Shown in pieces: positions 36,773 to 46,883 of a DNA stretch of 64,000 nt. How positions within the stretch are numbered: the stretch's first letter is position 1; each line of letters starts with the position of its first letter. Where the stretch lies: the NCBI GenBank assembly GCA_963664705.1, contig OY761556.1, positions 2,848,001 through 2,912,000 of the forward strand, given 5' to 3'. The notes below the pieces were generated by a model. It saw only the letters and a list, made by a program, of their open reading frames with translations. It was not told where the DNA came from and did not search any database. This DNA comes from Acidobacteriota bacterium. Lineage in GTDB: Bacteria; Acidobacteriota; UBA6911. The translations under genes and the position numbers were made by a program.

Positions 36773-38088
36773 ATGAGAAAAGACCTGTGGCAGAGAGCCG
36801 AGTATGTCTTCCACGCCGCACTGGAGCGGCCACCCGAATCTCGCAAAGCATTTCTCGCTGAGGCCTGCGGCAAAGATCTTGAGTTACGGACAGAGGTCGG
36901 GATTCTCCTTACCCAGGACGAACAGGCTGGAAGTTTCCTCGAAAAGCCAGTGCTCGCAGATATGCCCGAAACTTCCATGGTCGGCCAGACGGTTTCGCAT
37001 TTCCGGATTGTCGAAAAATTGGGTAAGGGCGGGATGGGAATCGTCTATAAAGCCGAAGACGCCCGGCTCAACCGTACCGTTGCACTCAAATTTTTGCCTG
37101 AAGAGATTTGCAGAGACCCGCTTGTGCTGGAACGCTTCCGTCGCGAGGCGGAAGCGGCCTCTGCCCTGAATCACTCCAATATCTGCACTATTTACGATAT
37201 CGACGAGCATGATGGCCGGCTCTTCATGGCAATGGAATTTCTGGAAGGCCAGACGCTGAAGCAGCGCATCGCCGGAAAGCGGATTGAGACCGAACAAATC
37301 ATCAATCTTGCCATTCAGATCGCCGATGCGCTCGATGTTGCCCACTCGAGAGGCGTCATCCATCGCGACATCAAGCCTGCCAATATTTTCATTACCAGTC
37401 GCGGTCAGGCCAAGGTTCTCGACTTCGGTTTAGCCAAGCTGGTTCCTGCACGCGAAACAGCCTCAGGGCAACCGGGAGAATCGAAAATAACGACGGAAGC
37501 CAATGAGCAGGATTTGACAATTCTCGGATCGGCGGTGGGCACACCCGCCTATATGTCTCCCGAACAGGCCCTTGGCAAGGAACTGGATACCCGGACAGAC
37601 CTGTTTTCTTTTGGCGTGGTAATTTACGAGACCGCGACCGGTGTCACTCCTTTCCGCGGCGAATCCTCGACTGCAACGCTTGATGCCATTATTCACAGCG
37701 CACCCATGGCGCCCTCGAAGATCAATCCCGATTTGCCTGACAGACTGGAACTCATCATAAACAGGGCTTTGGAGAAAGACCGCAATTGCCGTTATCAAAA
37801 CGCTTCGGATATAGGCACCGATCTTCAGCAGCTGAAACAGGATTTGGTTTCGCACCGTTCTGCCGGGCGGGAGGCTGCAAAGTCAACGAAATGGATAAGG
37901 ACCCTATCATACTGCTTTAGGAATCGCATACGCAGGCCTCGGGCAAAAACAGGCTGCCATCCGGGAAGACAAGGCATGGGGTGATTCAATATCGCTGGCG
38001 CGCATTTATACAATGGTGGGCGAGGATTACACATGGAATGCGTGACAAGCCGGGATTCCAGGCTTTCGTTCGCCAATATAGCCGCTGA
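36773..38088 (+). pseudogene. Hanks-type Ser/Thr kinase (intact catalytic ORF 36773-37984) with a deleted and frameshifted TPR-like tail
   Basis: [38 protein letters not shown]; out-of-frame remnants [32 protein letters not shown] and RDKPGFQAFVRQYSR* at 37902-38088. Confidence 0.75.
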
Positions 38089-38091
38089 AGT

Positions 38092-38130
38092 GCCACGAAT
38101 TTCACGAATTTGATTCGTGGAATTCGTGGC
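38092..38130. repeat. CACGAAT-type palindromic element between convergent genes
   Basis: gccacgaatttcacgaat-ttg-attcgtggaattcgtggc. Confidence 0.7.
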
Positions 38131-38140
38131 CGGAAATACC

Positions 38141-39058
38141 TCAATCCAAGGCTTGGGCTCCCTTGGGAAACGTCTTTTGCGACTGCCCAGTGATTATGGT
38201 CGGCAGGGCCACGCCATCGGCTCGGATATTTGCTGTAAAGATTTCCAAAATCTCATTTGCGTCATCGACAAGCACAAAATCCTGATAGGCGGTGTTAAGC
38301 AGATTCCCGGACAAATCGTAGGTTTTGGTGATTTTTGTGCCTGTGCAATCAGGATTTACAATATATCCTCCTTTAAACTTAACCGTGCTGACTGTACCGT
38401 TGACACCGCGGATCTGCGTCCCCTCATAATTGCCCTCCGAATCGTAGATGGCTTTGTTGACAGCGCCAAAAGGTATCGCACTGGTCGGAGAGGTCATTAT
38501 CATTCCCGTCATCGCGGTTCCCCACTCCCCCTCAAAATCGGCATTTGAACAGCCGAAGGCGTGGTTCCCATTACCATCCCTATCGAAATCCAGCAGGCCC
38601 TTGCGGCCGGGAAAAACCCTCTTTGCTTTGGTAATTGCGACCATCGGCGCTGCCGTAGCGGTTATGATTTTGTTAGCTTCTCTCCCCTTATTGACATACA
38701 AAAGGGCTTTGGTCGCCGTACCGATCAGGTTTCCGGATTCGTCGTAGAAGCTGAGATTTTCCGTGCCGGTGCAGTCGGAATTCACCGTAGCGATCCCAAC
38801 GATCTTGGCTCGGAGAGTGGTTCCCGCCATCGAGCCAGTACGTGCCCCAGACATATGGCCTTGTGCATCAAGCGTATAGATTCCGACCGACGCATATGGG
38901 TAGCTTATGCCGGCATTGATAATGGTGGCTGTTTCAATGTATCCCCAGGTTCCCGCCACATTTGCAGGCGAACAGATAAAATCATCCCCTGCCATCGCAG
39001 TCAGGCTTACCAGGAAAATACAGGCAAAAAACATCATTAAAACAAAACTTCGTTGCAT
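38141..39058 (-). CDS. Secreted protein with two tandem homologous beta domains
   Basis: Signal peptide (AMA/G); CSPANVAGTWG...VNSDCTGT and CSNADFEGEWG...VNPDCTGT; GAGGAG RBS. Confidence 0.85.
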   Translation of the reverse strand: MQRSFVLMMFFACIFLVSLTAMAGDDFICSPANVAGTWGYIETATIINAGISYPYASVGIYTLDAQGHMSGARTGSMAGTTLRAKIVGIATVNSDCTGTENLSFYDESGNLIGTATKALLYVNKGREANKIITATAAPMVAITKAKRVFPGRKGLLDFDRDGNGNHAFGCSNADFEGEWGTAMTGMIMTSPTSAIPFGAVNKAIYDSEGNYEGTQIRGVNGTVSTVKFKGGYIVNPDCTGTKITKTYDLSGNLLNTAYQDFVLVDDANEILEIFTANIRADGVALPTIITGQSQKTFPKGAQALD

Positions 39059-39173
39059 GGATGATCTCCTCTCTTAACGGATTTAGCCGAAATTTTTCCT
39101 AACCAGTATTCCGGGAATGGTTACAAAAAGGGTTAACGAAAAAAGCCGACGTGCGATAGGATTGTGGAAAAAA

Positions 39174-39761
39174 ATGTCGAATTGGGAGCAAAAGGACATA
39201 ACGTCACTGCTCGCTGCCTGGAAAAGCGGCGATGCGGATGCGCTCGATTGCCTGACGGATCTGGTATATCCGGAGCTGCGGCGAATTGCGCGCCGGACCA
39301 TCGCGGGCAAGCATATCGGCGACAGCCTGGATTCAGCAGCACTGGCTAACGAGGCATATATTAAATTGGTTCGCGCCGGGGGGATTGACTGCGAAAACCG
39401 AGCGCATTTCCTGGCGCTGTGCTCCCAGATTATGCGGCGCATACTTGTGGATCACGCACGTCAACGGGGCCTTGCCAAGCGCGGAGGCAATGCCACGCGC
39501 GTGCCTCTCGATGAAGTCCTGCTGATAGCGGAGGCTCGCGGTATCGATGTGCTCGCGCTGGACGAGGCACTCGATGCCCTCTCGCAGTTCGATAGCCGGA
39601 AAAGCCGTGTAGTAGAGTTGCGTTACTTCGGCGGCTTGAGTATCGATGAAACGGCTGAGGTCCTCGATATTTCTGTGGGCACTGTCAAACGTGACTTCAG
39701 GATGGCCCGAGCCTGGCTCCTCGCCGAGCTTGCCGGCAAACAAAACTCTGTCCGGTCATAA
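39174..39761 (+). CDS. ECF sigma factor, TIGR02999-type (usually kinase-associated)
   Basis: ITSLLAAW..GD..A, VYPELRRIA, ALANEAYIKL, RAHFLA...MRRILVDHAR....KRGG, VVELRYFGGL. Confidence 0.93.
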   Translation: MSNWEQKDITSLLAAWKSGDADALDCLTDLVYPELRRIARRTIAGKHIGDSLDSAALANEAYIKLVRAGGIDCENRAHFLALCSQIMRRILVDHARQRGLAKRGGNATRVPLDEVLLIAEARGIDVLALDEALDALSQFDSRKSRVVELRYFGGLSIDETAEVLDISVGTVKRDFRMARAWLLAELAGKQNSVRS

Positions 39762-39966
39762 GGTATCGGGCCACTCCCGCTGTGCGGCTGGAAACTCCCT
39801 CAACTTTTGTGGATCTTTTTGCGGCATAAATGGCGGAGTCCGCACAGGTCTTGCCCGGTTTCTTTGAGATCCAGGATGAACCGGGCCGAGATCCATTCCA
39901 TCCAATAAGTCAGATTGTGTATGCCCTTTTCCATGGTTAAATGATTTCGGCAGGAAAGAGAGCGCA

Positions 39967-40980
39967 ATGGTGGGAGGTACGACGTTGGCGGTTATCTGCA
40001 GTGCACTTTGGTGGATGCTTCATGCTTCCCTCGCAATGCAGCCCGCCGTCGGCACAGAGACAGTGGCGCCGGCAGTCCATGAAACGGCAAATTCATCGAC
40101 GGAAGAATTCCTCCCTTACCAGAAGCCTCCGGAGCGTGCGGGAGAAGGGTTCAGTCTCAAGCTTAATGTGGATCTGGTCACCGTCGACGTAATCGTTCGG
40201 GACAAGCAAGGAGTTCTTGTCACTGGCCTGCGTGCGGAGGATTTTCTGGTCTATGACAACGGCACCGCCCAGCAGATAACCCATTTCTCTCGCGACGAGC
40301 TTCCACTCGCAGTTGCATTTCTGATTGACAGGAGCCCCAGCGTTGGCAACTACCTCTTTGAGTTGATCTCCACCGCTTGGAAGAAGTTCGAGCGTTTGAA
40401 GCCGTCCGACCAAGTCGTGCTGTTTGCCTTCGACAAATATCCCACACGGCTTACCGACCTTACCGTGGACCGGCAGCTGATGGCATCGCGGATTGCGGAT
40501 ATCGCCATGGGAGACAACACAAACATATATGATGCGCTGGTCGAATCCGCCCACTATCTGCGGACGGAAGCGCGGGAGCGGCGGCATGCGATCATTATGA
40601 TCTCCGACAATTACACCAACCTGATGCATTACGACGAAAAGGACGCTCTCCGAGCGCTCCTGGCGGCACCAGCCACACTATTCAGCGTCAAGGCTCCAAG
40701 CCAGTTTCATTGGGCTCCCCCCATAAAAGACCCCAAGCTTATAGAATTGCTCGCACGAGACACCGGAGGAAAGGTTGTGGATCTGGGTGCCGCAAAGACC
40801 ATTGGTGGGGCTCTGGACAGCGCCATTGAGGATCTGCGGCAGGGCTATACGATCGGATTTGCACCCTCGCGAACCGGCGATCCCGGCAGTTTCCACGCGC
40901 TGAAGGTGAGGCTCGCCAAGAGCAAACGCTGCCCAGGTTGCACGATTCAGGCGCGCAGCGGATACTATGCAGGGAAATAG
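39967..40980 (+). CDS. VWA domain protein (acidobacterial VWFA-related)
   Basis: VDLVTVDVIVRDKQG..V.GL...DF, MIDAS-like DRSPS, TNIYDA, ISD, TGG, Y.IGF.P, ARSGYYA; start uncertain. Confidence 0.88.
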   Translation: MVGGTTLAVICSALWWMLHASLAMQPAVGTETVAPAVHETANSSTEEFLPYQKPPERAGEGFSLKLNVDLVTVDVIVRDKQGVLVTGLRAEDFLVYDNGTAQQITHFSRDELPLAVAFLIDRSPSVGNYLFELISTAWKKFERLKPSDQVVLFAFDKYPTRLTDLTVDRQLMASRIADIAMGDNTNIYDALVESAHYLRTEARERRHAIIMISDNYTNLMHYDEKDALRALLAAPATLFSVKAPSQFHWAPPIKDPKLIELLARDTGGKVVDLGAAKTIGGALDSAIEDLRQGYTIGFAPSRTGDPGSFHALKVRLAKSKRCPGCTIQARSGYYAGK

Positions 40981-41097
40981 TGCCGTTCCATCTGTCATTT
41001 CAGCCAGGCTCATCCCTCTGTTCACGGATTCAACCGGCCTGCATTTCAAGATCGATTACAATGACAATTTGGAATTCGGATTGAGGAAGGAGCAGAG

Positions 41098-41727
41098 ATG
41101 GTGCAAGAACTGGGATCGAGATTACCCGACCTGTCACACATCGGGAGTCTCCATGTACTGAGACTGACGACACGGGAAGCATGCCTTGCTCATTTCGATC
41201 CGGCACGAGTCCAGGGTTATTGCGCCAGTTGTCCGAACTATGGATCCCGGTGGTCCTGTCCGCCCTTTCAAGATCTGTCCCTGGACCGTCTTGGGAACTG
41301 GTCGCATGCAGTGGTGGTAGGCCGCAAGGTCCCACTGCCACGCAAAGAAGCTCCTGCCGATCCCGAAGAGGCAAGATCATGGGCATTGGAGCGTTTCCAT
41401 ACCTCCAGGGCTGAATTTCGCGAGATTCTCCTGGAAGCGGAAAAAACCTTTCCTGGCTCCAGGGCCCTGGTAGCCGGTCACTGCGTTCAGTGCACCGCTT
41501 GTGCGCGGGAGACTGGCCATCCCTGCCGGTTTCCCGAGGACATGCGGTTTTCGTTGGAGGCGGTTGGTTTCGACGTTTCCAGTCTCGTAACGGTCGTTCT
41601 GGGGATATCGATTCACTGGCCGCGGCAGGGCTTGCCGGAATATTACCTGACAGTGGGGGCCCTTCTTTGTCGAGAAGGCGAAGCAGAGTCGATCCGGTGT
41701 GCTTTGGCTGCGCGATTCGGGAACTGA
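41098..41727 (+). CDS. DUF2284 family predicted metal-binding protein
   Basis: CASCPNYG..WSCPP, GHCVQC..C.....PCRFP..MR.SLEA.GFDV. Confidence 0.9.
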   Translation: MVQELGSRLPDLSHIGSLHVLRLTTREACLAHFDPARVQGYCASCPNYGSRWSCPPFQDLSLDRLGNWSHAVVVGRKVPLPRKEAPADPEEARSWALERFHTSRAEFREILLEAEKTFPGSRALVAGHCVQCTACARETGHPCRFPEDMRFSLEAVGFDVSSLVTVVLGISIHWPRQGLPEYYLTVGALLCREGEAESIRCALAARFGN

Positions 41728-41762
41728 GGCAGCCGATCAAAGAAACTCGGCTCCGATTTACA

Positions 41763-41858
41763 AGGGCCGGAGGCCCGATAGAAAATAGCCAGGAGTGAAC
41801 GCAGCGAACCCCTGATTCGCGATCACAGAAGGAACAAGCCACGGCCAGGGGCGAAAGA
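41763..41858 (+). repeat. Third, diverged copy of the ~90-bp element seen at 24631-24836
   Basis: agggccggaggcccgatagaaaatagcc...gcagcgaacccc...aggggcgaaaga. Confidence 0.65.
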
Positions 41859-41907
41859 GAGAGATTACCAAAGATACCTTTCGGCCTCTCTCGGCGGTTG
41901 CATATTG

Positions 41908-42537
41908 TTAGTCTGAGAGGGCAGATAGGGCAGCCATAAGGCTTTTTGCTCCATTGGGAGTCAGAATCCAGCCAAGCCCGGCACCATTGACCGCTACGGT
42001 TCCCCAGAACCTTATCTGAAATTCTGCTTTGGAGGATTTATGCCGGAACAGTTGCTGAGCCAGGAGAGCTCCTGGCCAGCCGCCAATCAGGCCACAAAGC
42101 AGTAAGGATCGCTCCCGCGTCCGCCAGCGCCGCTTTAGGGCGGCAGATTTGTCGCGCCAATACATGAAAAATGCAATAGTGCTTGCGGCAAAGTATAGAA
42201 TTACAATTTCCCCGGGAATGAGCCCCCTAAAGCCAAGAACCAATATTGATATCAGAAATGCAGGCGACACGAGCATGGCAATCCATAATCTCCGCTCGGA
42301 CTTTAGAGGCGCCGTTCCGCCTACCTTCTCACCACTATGGGAGACCGATACCGCCCGGAGCCTGCCATCCTCCAATTTCTCAGGATGGTAGAGAACCATA
42401 TCTCCAGCCCGGGGTCTTCTGGATCTGTCTTGAAATGCGGAGATGTGGGCAAAAACATCCGTACTTCCTGCAGAAGGAGAGATAAATCCAAAACCTTTTT
42501 CATCGTTCCACTCTCTCAGAACACCGTTGAGCTTCAC
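41908..42537 (-). CDS. Cold-shock domain plus DUF1294 membrane protein
   Basis: WNDEKGFGFI, VFAHISAF; Y.RDKSAA...WRT.E..L, GGWPGALLAQQLFRHKSSK; GTG start with GGAGA RBS. Confidence 0.92.
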   Translation of the reverse strand: MKLNGVLREWNDEKGFGFISPSAGSTDVFAHISAFQDRSRRPRAGDMVLYHPEKLEDGRLRAVSVSHSGEKVGGTAPLKSERRLWIAMLVSPAFLISILVLGFRGLIPGEIVILYFAASTIAFFMYWRDKSAALKRRWRTRERSLLLCGLIGGWPGALLAQQLFRHKSSKAEFQIRFWGTVAVNGAGLGWILTPNGAKSLMAALSALSD

Positions 42538-42877
42538 TATTGCATCTCTCCAAGGCCAAATGGGATCAGACACTTCTGACTAATCTTATCGGCACTCAAC
42601 GCATTGTCGGCACAAATCATGAAAAATATCTGGGCGCTCTCGCGGTTTGGGGGCAAAGTCAAAAAAGCATGAACCAAAGTAGTCGGTTGGGGCCAAATTA
42701 CGTTCTTGAGAGAGAAGGCTCATTTTATCCAGATTGGAGCCAGAGGCCACCTGTTGGAAGCTCCATCCTGGCAATTGCGGCTTACGAGGAGTGCACGTCT
42801 GAGGTCAGGATCTGAGTGCCAGCGATTTCTCGACCGCTCAGGCCAATACATGCTCATCCAACAGCAAAGGTATATGA

Positions 42878-44539
42878 ATGAAGAAGAAACACCTTGAACC
42901 TGTTCATCCCCGGCGCTCCAGCGCAAATATGCTTCTCCCTGCCATCATGGTAATTGCGACCGGCATTCTTGTTTATGCTCGAACAGTGCCCTATGGTTTC
43001 GTTTTTGATGATATTGAAAACATCGTCAAAAATCCGGCAATTTCAGATTTCAGGCCATCACAGCTGGCACATGCATTCGCGCAGCCCTGGCGAGCACTGA
43101 CGCTTATCAGCTTCGGCCTTACCCGATACCTCTTCGGATTCAATCCCGCGGTGTTTCACCTGACAAATATCCTGATTCATTCGGCAAATGCCCTCCTGGT
43201 CTTTGGAATTGCTCATCTCGCCGCAAAACGATGGCTTGAGCCGGACAAATCGAAGTTCTTCCCGCTTGCCGCAGCGATGATTTTTGCGGTTCATCCGATT
43301 CAAAGCGAAGCGGTCGCCTATGTGTGGGGCCGATCCTCTTCCCTTTGTGCGCTTTTCTATTTTGCAGCTTTACTACTAATGATGATCGGCCTTTCCAAAC
43401 CTGACCGAAGGCAAATCCTTTGGTTCGGCTTGGCTGTTCTGGCCGCGTATGCGGCGTGGAAAACCAAGGAAGAGGCAATCACGCTTCCCCTGGCTGCAGC
43501 AGGGCTGATGGCCCTGATCGGTGCATGGCGGGCGGCCACGTGCGTTGCGTTTCTGCCTGTTCTGTATGTTGCGGTCAGATATCAATCACTGCTTCAGGTG
43601 CGCGCCTCGGTTGCAGAGAACCGGGAGCTTGCCGTAGCCGGCATGCGCGCTACGCTTGATCCCTTAATGTATTTCCTTACGAGTCTGAAGGGGATCGTTT
43701 GCTACTATCTCAGACTGTATATCATCCCCATCGGACAAAGCGCCGACGCCTATCTGAGCCCGGTTACCGGGTTTCAAGACCCCTATTTCTGGGCTGCAGT
43801 CACTGTTCTTGCAGCACTTGTCGCGCTGGGCTTTGTGATGCGCTCAGACCGAATATTTCTCCTGGGTTTGATAATGCTATTCGTATCACCCCTGGCATCC
43901 TATACCATCGTGCCTCTGCCTGACATTGTCGCCGAACACAGGGTATATATATCAAGCCTGGGCTTTGCGATTCTAGCAGCCTGGCTGCTAACTCGTATTC
44001 CTCATCACAGGTGGGCGATTCTCGCCGGCATTATCATCGTTCTTGGAGTTACTGCCCTGAATCGATCGGGAGTCTGGGCTGATAATCTTACACTGTGGAA
44101 AGATGCAGAAGCCAAATCGCCTGAACTTGAACGGCCGCATATCAATTTGGGAATGGCCTATCAGGTAACGGGCGCCGAAAATCTGGCGGTGATCGAGTAC
44201 CAACACGCACTCGCCTTGAATCCCCGGCTGGCCCCCGCCTACATAAACTTGGCCGGAGTGTTTTTCAATCACGGAGATTTAGCAAATTCGGAAAGATTGC
44301 TGCTAAAAGCAATGGAGATTGCGCCGGCATTGCCGGAGCCCTACGTCAATCTGGCCCAAATTGCGCTGAAAAGAGAACTACCGCGGGATGCGCTGCATAT
44401 TTTGAACAGCGCCGATACATCCGCGACATCCCATCTCATTCATATTGCAAAGGGAGATGTATATAAACAACTCGGTCAATATGCCGAGGCTGCGGCAGAG
44501 TATGACGCCGCAGCCCGCTTAAAGCCGAATCTTCGATAG
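42878..44539 (+). CDS. TMTC-like GT-C membrane glycosyltransferase with C-terminal TPRs
   Basis: FVFDD...IV.NP, WR.LT..SF, FHLTN.LIH, FAVHP.QSEAV....GRS, KE.A, AEHR.Y, R..VW.DN..LW, TPR repeats. Confidence 0.85.
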   Translation: MKKKHLEPVHPRRSSANMLLPAIMVIATGILVYARTVPYGFVFDDIENIVKNPAISDFRPSQLAHAFAQPWRALTLISFGLTRYLFGFNPAVFHLTNILIHSANALLVFGIAHLAAKRWLEPDKSKFFPLAAAMIFAVHPIQSEAVAYVWGRSSSLCALFYFAALLLMMIGLSKPDRRQILWFGLAVLAAYAAWKTKEEAITLPLAAAGLMALIGAWRAATCVAFLPVLYVAVRYQSLLQVRASVAENRELAVAGMRATLDPLMYFLTSLKGIVCYYLRLYIIPIGQSADAYLSPVTGFQDPYFWAAVTVLAALVALGFVMRSDRIFLLGLIMLFVSPLASYTIVPLPDIVAEHRVYISSLGFAILAAWLLTRIPHHRWAILAGIIIVLGVTALNRSGVWADNLTLWKDAEAKSPELERPHINLGMAYQVTGAENLAVIEYQHALALNPRLAPAYINLAGVFFNHGDLANSERLLLKAMEIAPALPEPYVNLAQIALKRELPRDALHILNSADTSATSHLIHIAKGDVYKQLGQYAEAAAEYDAAARLKPNLR

Positions 44540-44627
44540 GAGGCTGCCCTCGGCCCTGCCGGGGGATGCGTATGGGAGTTTTTCGATATCCCGGTTCCTA
44601 AGCCTATAGCTCGCACAGGAGAGTTTT

Positions 44628-46766
44628 ATGCACTCGCTCACTTCATGCACACTATTTAGGGTTCCCTTATTGTCCGTCAGACGGTGGTTGCTTTTCATTG
44701 CATTGTCTTTGGCAGGACTTTGCAATGCATTCTGCGCAATGAACCCCCAACCTATTGGTATCAGTCCAATATCGACATATCCGGGAAACCCCGGCTTGGT
44801 GCTGACGGTAATCGCCAATACAATGCTATTTGGTGACCTTATCCCATTTACGGCCGATTCCGTGGTGCAATGGAATGGATCCAGCCGGCCTACAACCTTT
44901 GTGGATAACAGGCATCTGCGGGCGTTAATACCAGCCAGCGATCTGGCGTCCCCAGGCGTGGCAACCGTGACTGTATCTACTCCCGGAGTTGAGAGCATCC
45001 CTGCAATCTTCACCATCGCGCCAATTGCCCCAATGATTGGCGGAGTGGTTCCATATTCGGCACCCGCGGGAAGTCCAGGATTTGTCCTGATGGCACTTGG
45101 CACCAATGGCACCATCGATCAGTCCTCAGGATTTGCAGGTGATTCAGTAGTTCAGTGGAATGGTTCAAATCGAGCAACAACCTACGTTGATTCCAGGCAT
45201 CTGCTGGCCGCCATACTGCCAAGCGACTTAGCTTCGGCGGGAACGGCTAATGTTACCGTCTATACGCCTGGCGCAGGAGTATCATCCTCCATTTCTCATT
45301 TCAATATAACGGAGCCAGCCACCAAGCCGCCCCAAAGTCTCGGGCTGAGTGTTGGTGGAGGCGGGGCAGCGAACCACAGCGCAACGGAGAGGACAGAATT
45401 GCAGACCGGTTATGCCACCGCTTTGAATTCCGGGACTGTTCCATTTGGGACAGCCGTTATCTCTTCGAGAACCAATGGAATTACAATAAGCGAAACAGGC
45501 ATTTCTCCGTCGCCTCCAACCTACAGGGCCAAAATATTTATTGATTATCGCGCAGCTGCAACCGTGATCCCGGGGCGGATCAATTCAGGAGCGGTTGATA
45601 TCAACACTGGAATCGCGATTGTCAATTATGGGAGTTCAAAAGCCTACCTAAACCTTACGCTGCGGGATTTGGCCGGAGATTCTTTGGCGACTGGGAGTGG
45701 AACGATTGATCCGGGAAGCTGCACTGCAAAATTTGTGGATCAGTTGGACGAAATCGCCGCCGGTTTTCACCTTCCCGCTGATTTTCAATCCACCATTCAA
45801 TTCGGGTCTCTGGAAATTCAGAGCTGGCAGCCCATTTCTGTGATGGCATTGCGGGGCACGTTGAATCAAAGGGGCGAGTTTCTTTTCACAACTACTCCGG
45901 TAGCAGACCTGATGCAACCGGTCGGTAGCGCCCCCGCATATTTTCCGCAGTTCGCCGATGGCGGTGGATATACCACGTCGCTGGTTCTGCTCAACAAATC
46001 CGACAAGACACAGACCGGAAGCTTCGAATTTATTGATGACAATGGAGGTCCGCTATCCGTCTCGCAGGCCGGCGGCTCTGCGGGGGTCTCATTCAGCTAT
46101 TCCATTCCTCCCTATGGGGGATTCCGTTTCCAGACAGACGGGATGCCTGCTGCCTCTAAAACCGGATGGGTGCGGTTGACTCCGGACCCATCGACAACAA
46201 CACCAGCCGGTGCTGTGATTTTTGGCTATAATCCTGATACTGCCTTGATTTCGGAATCCGCAGTTCCCGCGACCAACGGTACAACCAGTGCTCGGGTTTA
46301 TGTGGATTTGTCAAACAACCATGACACGGGCATAGCGCTGGCTTCGCCGACATCAGTGCCCATAAATGTAAGCGTCAAAGCATATCAGACCGATGGAATC
46401 ACGCTTGCCGGCCAGCGTCAGGAATCTCTGACGCTGACCGGCCACGGACATACTGCAAGATTTGTCACCGAGCTAATTCCAATCCTGCCACTCAATTTCA
46501 AAGGAGTATTGGAAATCACTTCAAACGGTGACCCATTCGCGGCATTAGCGATGCGGTTTTATAAAAATGAGCGCAATGAATTCCTGATGACGAGTTCACT
46601 TATCGCTGAAGCGAGTCAGATCGCAATAGCACCGATTCTCTTTCCTCGATTTGCCACCGGCGGAGGCTATTCGACTGAATTCATCTTTCTTAGTCCAGGC
46701 GGATCTTCCACTCTTTCGCTTGGAATGTTTACCGACGCAGGAGTGCAGTTGGATACTACGAAATAG
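44628..46766 (+). CDS. Secreted surface protein: two IPT/TIG-like Ig repeats plus FPQxAxGG domains
   Basis: Duplicated DSVVQWNGS.R.TT.VD.RHL.A.I..SDLAS.G.A.VTV.TPG; YFPQFADGGGYTT and LFPRFATGGGYST. Confidence 0.85.
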   Translation: MHSLTSCTLFRVPLLSVRRWLLFIALSLAGLCNAFCAMNPQPIGISPISTYPGNPGLVLTVIANTMLFGDLIPFTADSVVQWNGSSRPTTFVDNRHLRALIPASDLASPGVATVTVSTPGVESIPAIFTIAPIAPMIGGVVPYSAPAGSPGFVLMALGTNGTIDQSSGFAGDSVVQWNGSNRATTYVDSRHLLAAILPSDLASAGTANVTVYTPGAGVSSSISHFNITEPATKPPQSLGLSVGGGGAANHSATERTELQTGYATALNSGTVPFGTAVISSRTNGITISETGISPSPPTYRAKIFIDYRAAATVIPGRINSGAVDINTGIAIVNYGSSKAYLNLTLRDLAGDSLATGSGTIDPGSCTAKFVDQLDEIAAGFHLPADFQSTIQFGSLEIQSWQPISVMALRGTLNQRGEFLFTTTPVADLMQPVGSAPAYFPQFADGGGYTTSLVLLNKSDKTQTGSFEFIDDNGGPLSVSQAGGSAGVSFSYSIPPYGGFRFQTDGMPAASKTGWVRLTPDPSTTTPAGAVIFGYNPDTALISESAVPATNGTTSARVYVDLSNNHDTGIALASPTSVPINVSVKAYQTDGITLAGQRQESLTLTGHGHTARFVTELIPILPLNFKGVLEITSNGDPFAALAMRFYKNERNEFLMTSSLIAEASQIAIAPILFPRFATGGGYSTEFIFLSPGGSSTLSLGMFTDAGVQLDTTK

Positions 46767-46883
46767 CGAAATTTCCTTGGTTCAGAACAGAGCTTCATCC
46801 GACAGGAACTATCAATAGGAAAACAACCGGGTGAGTTTAAGACCCATTCCAGCACTTGCTGGTGAGCCGCAACGGAGTCGCCA

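Noticed and set aside
42650-42715. c-di-GMP-I riboswitch-like start (GGGCAAA)
   Set aside because: No GAAA-tetraloop stem, no GACGCAAAGC junction and no pairing P1
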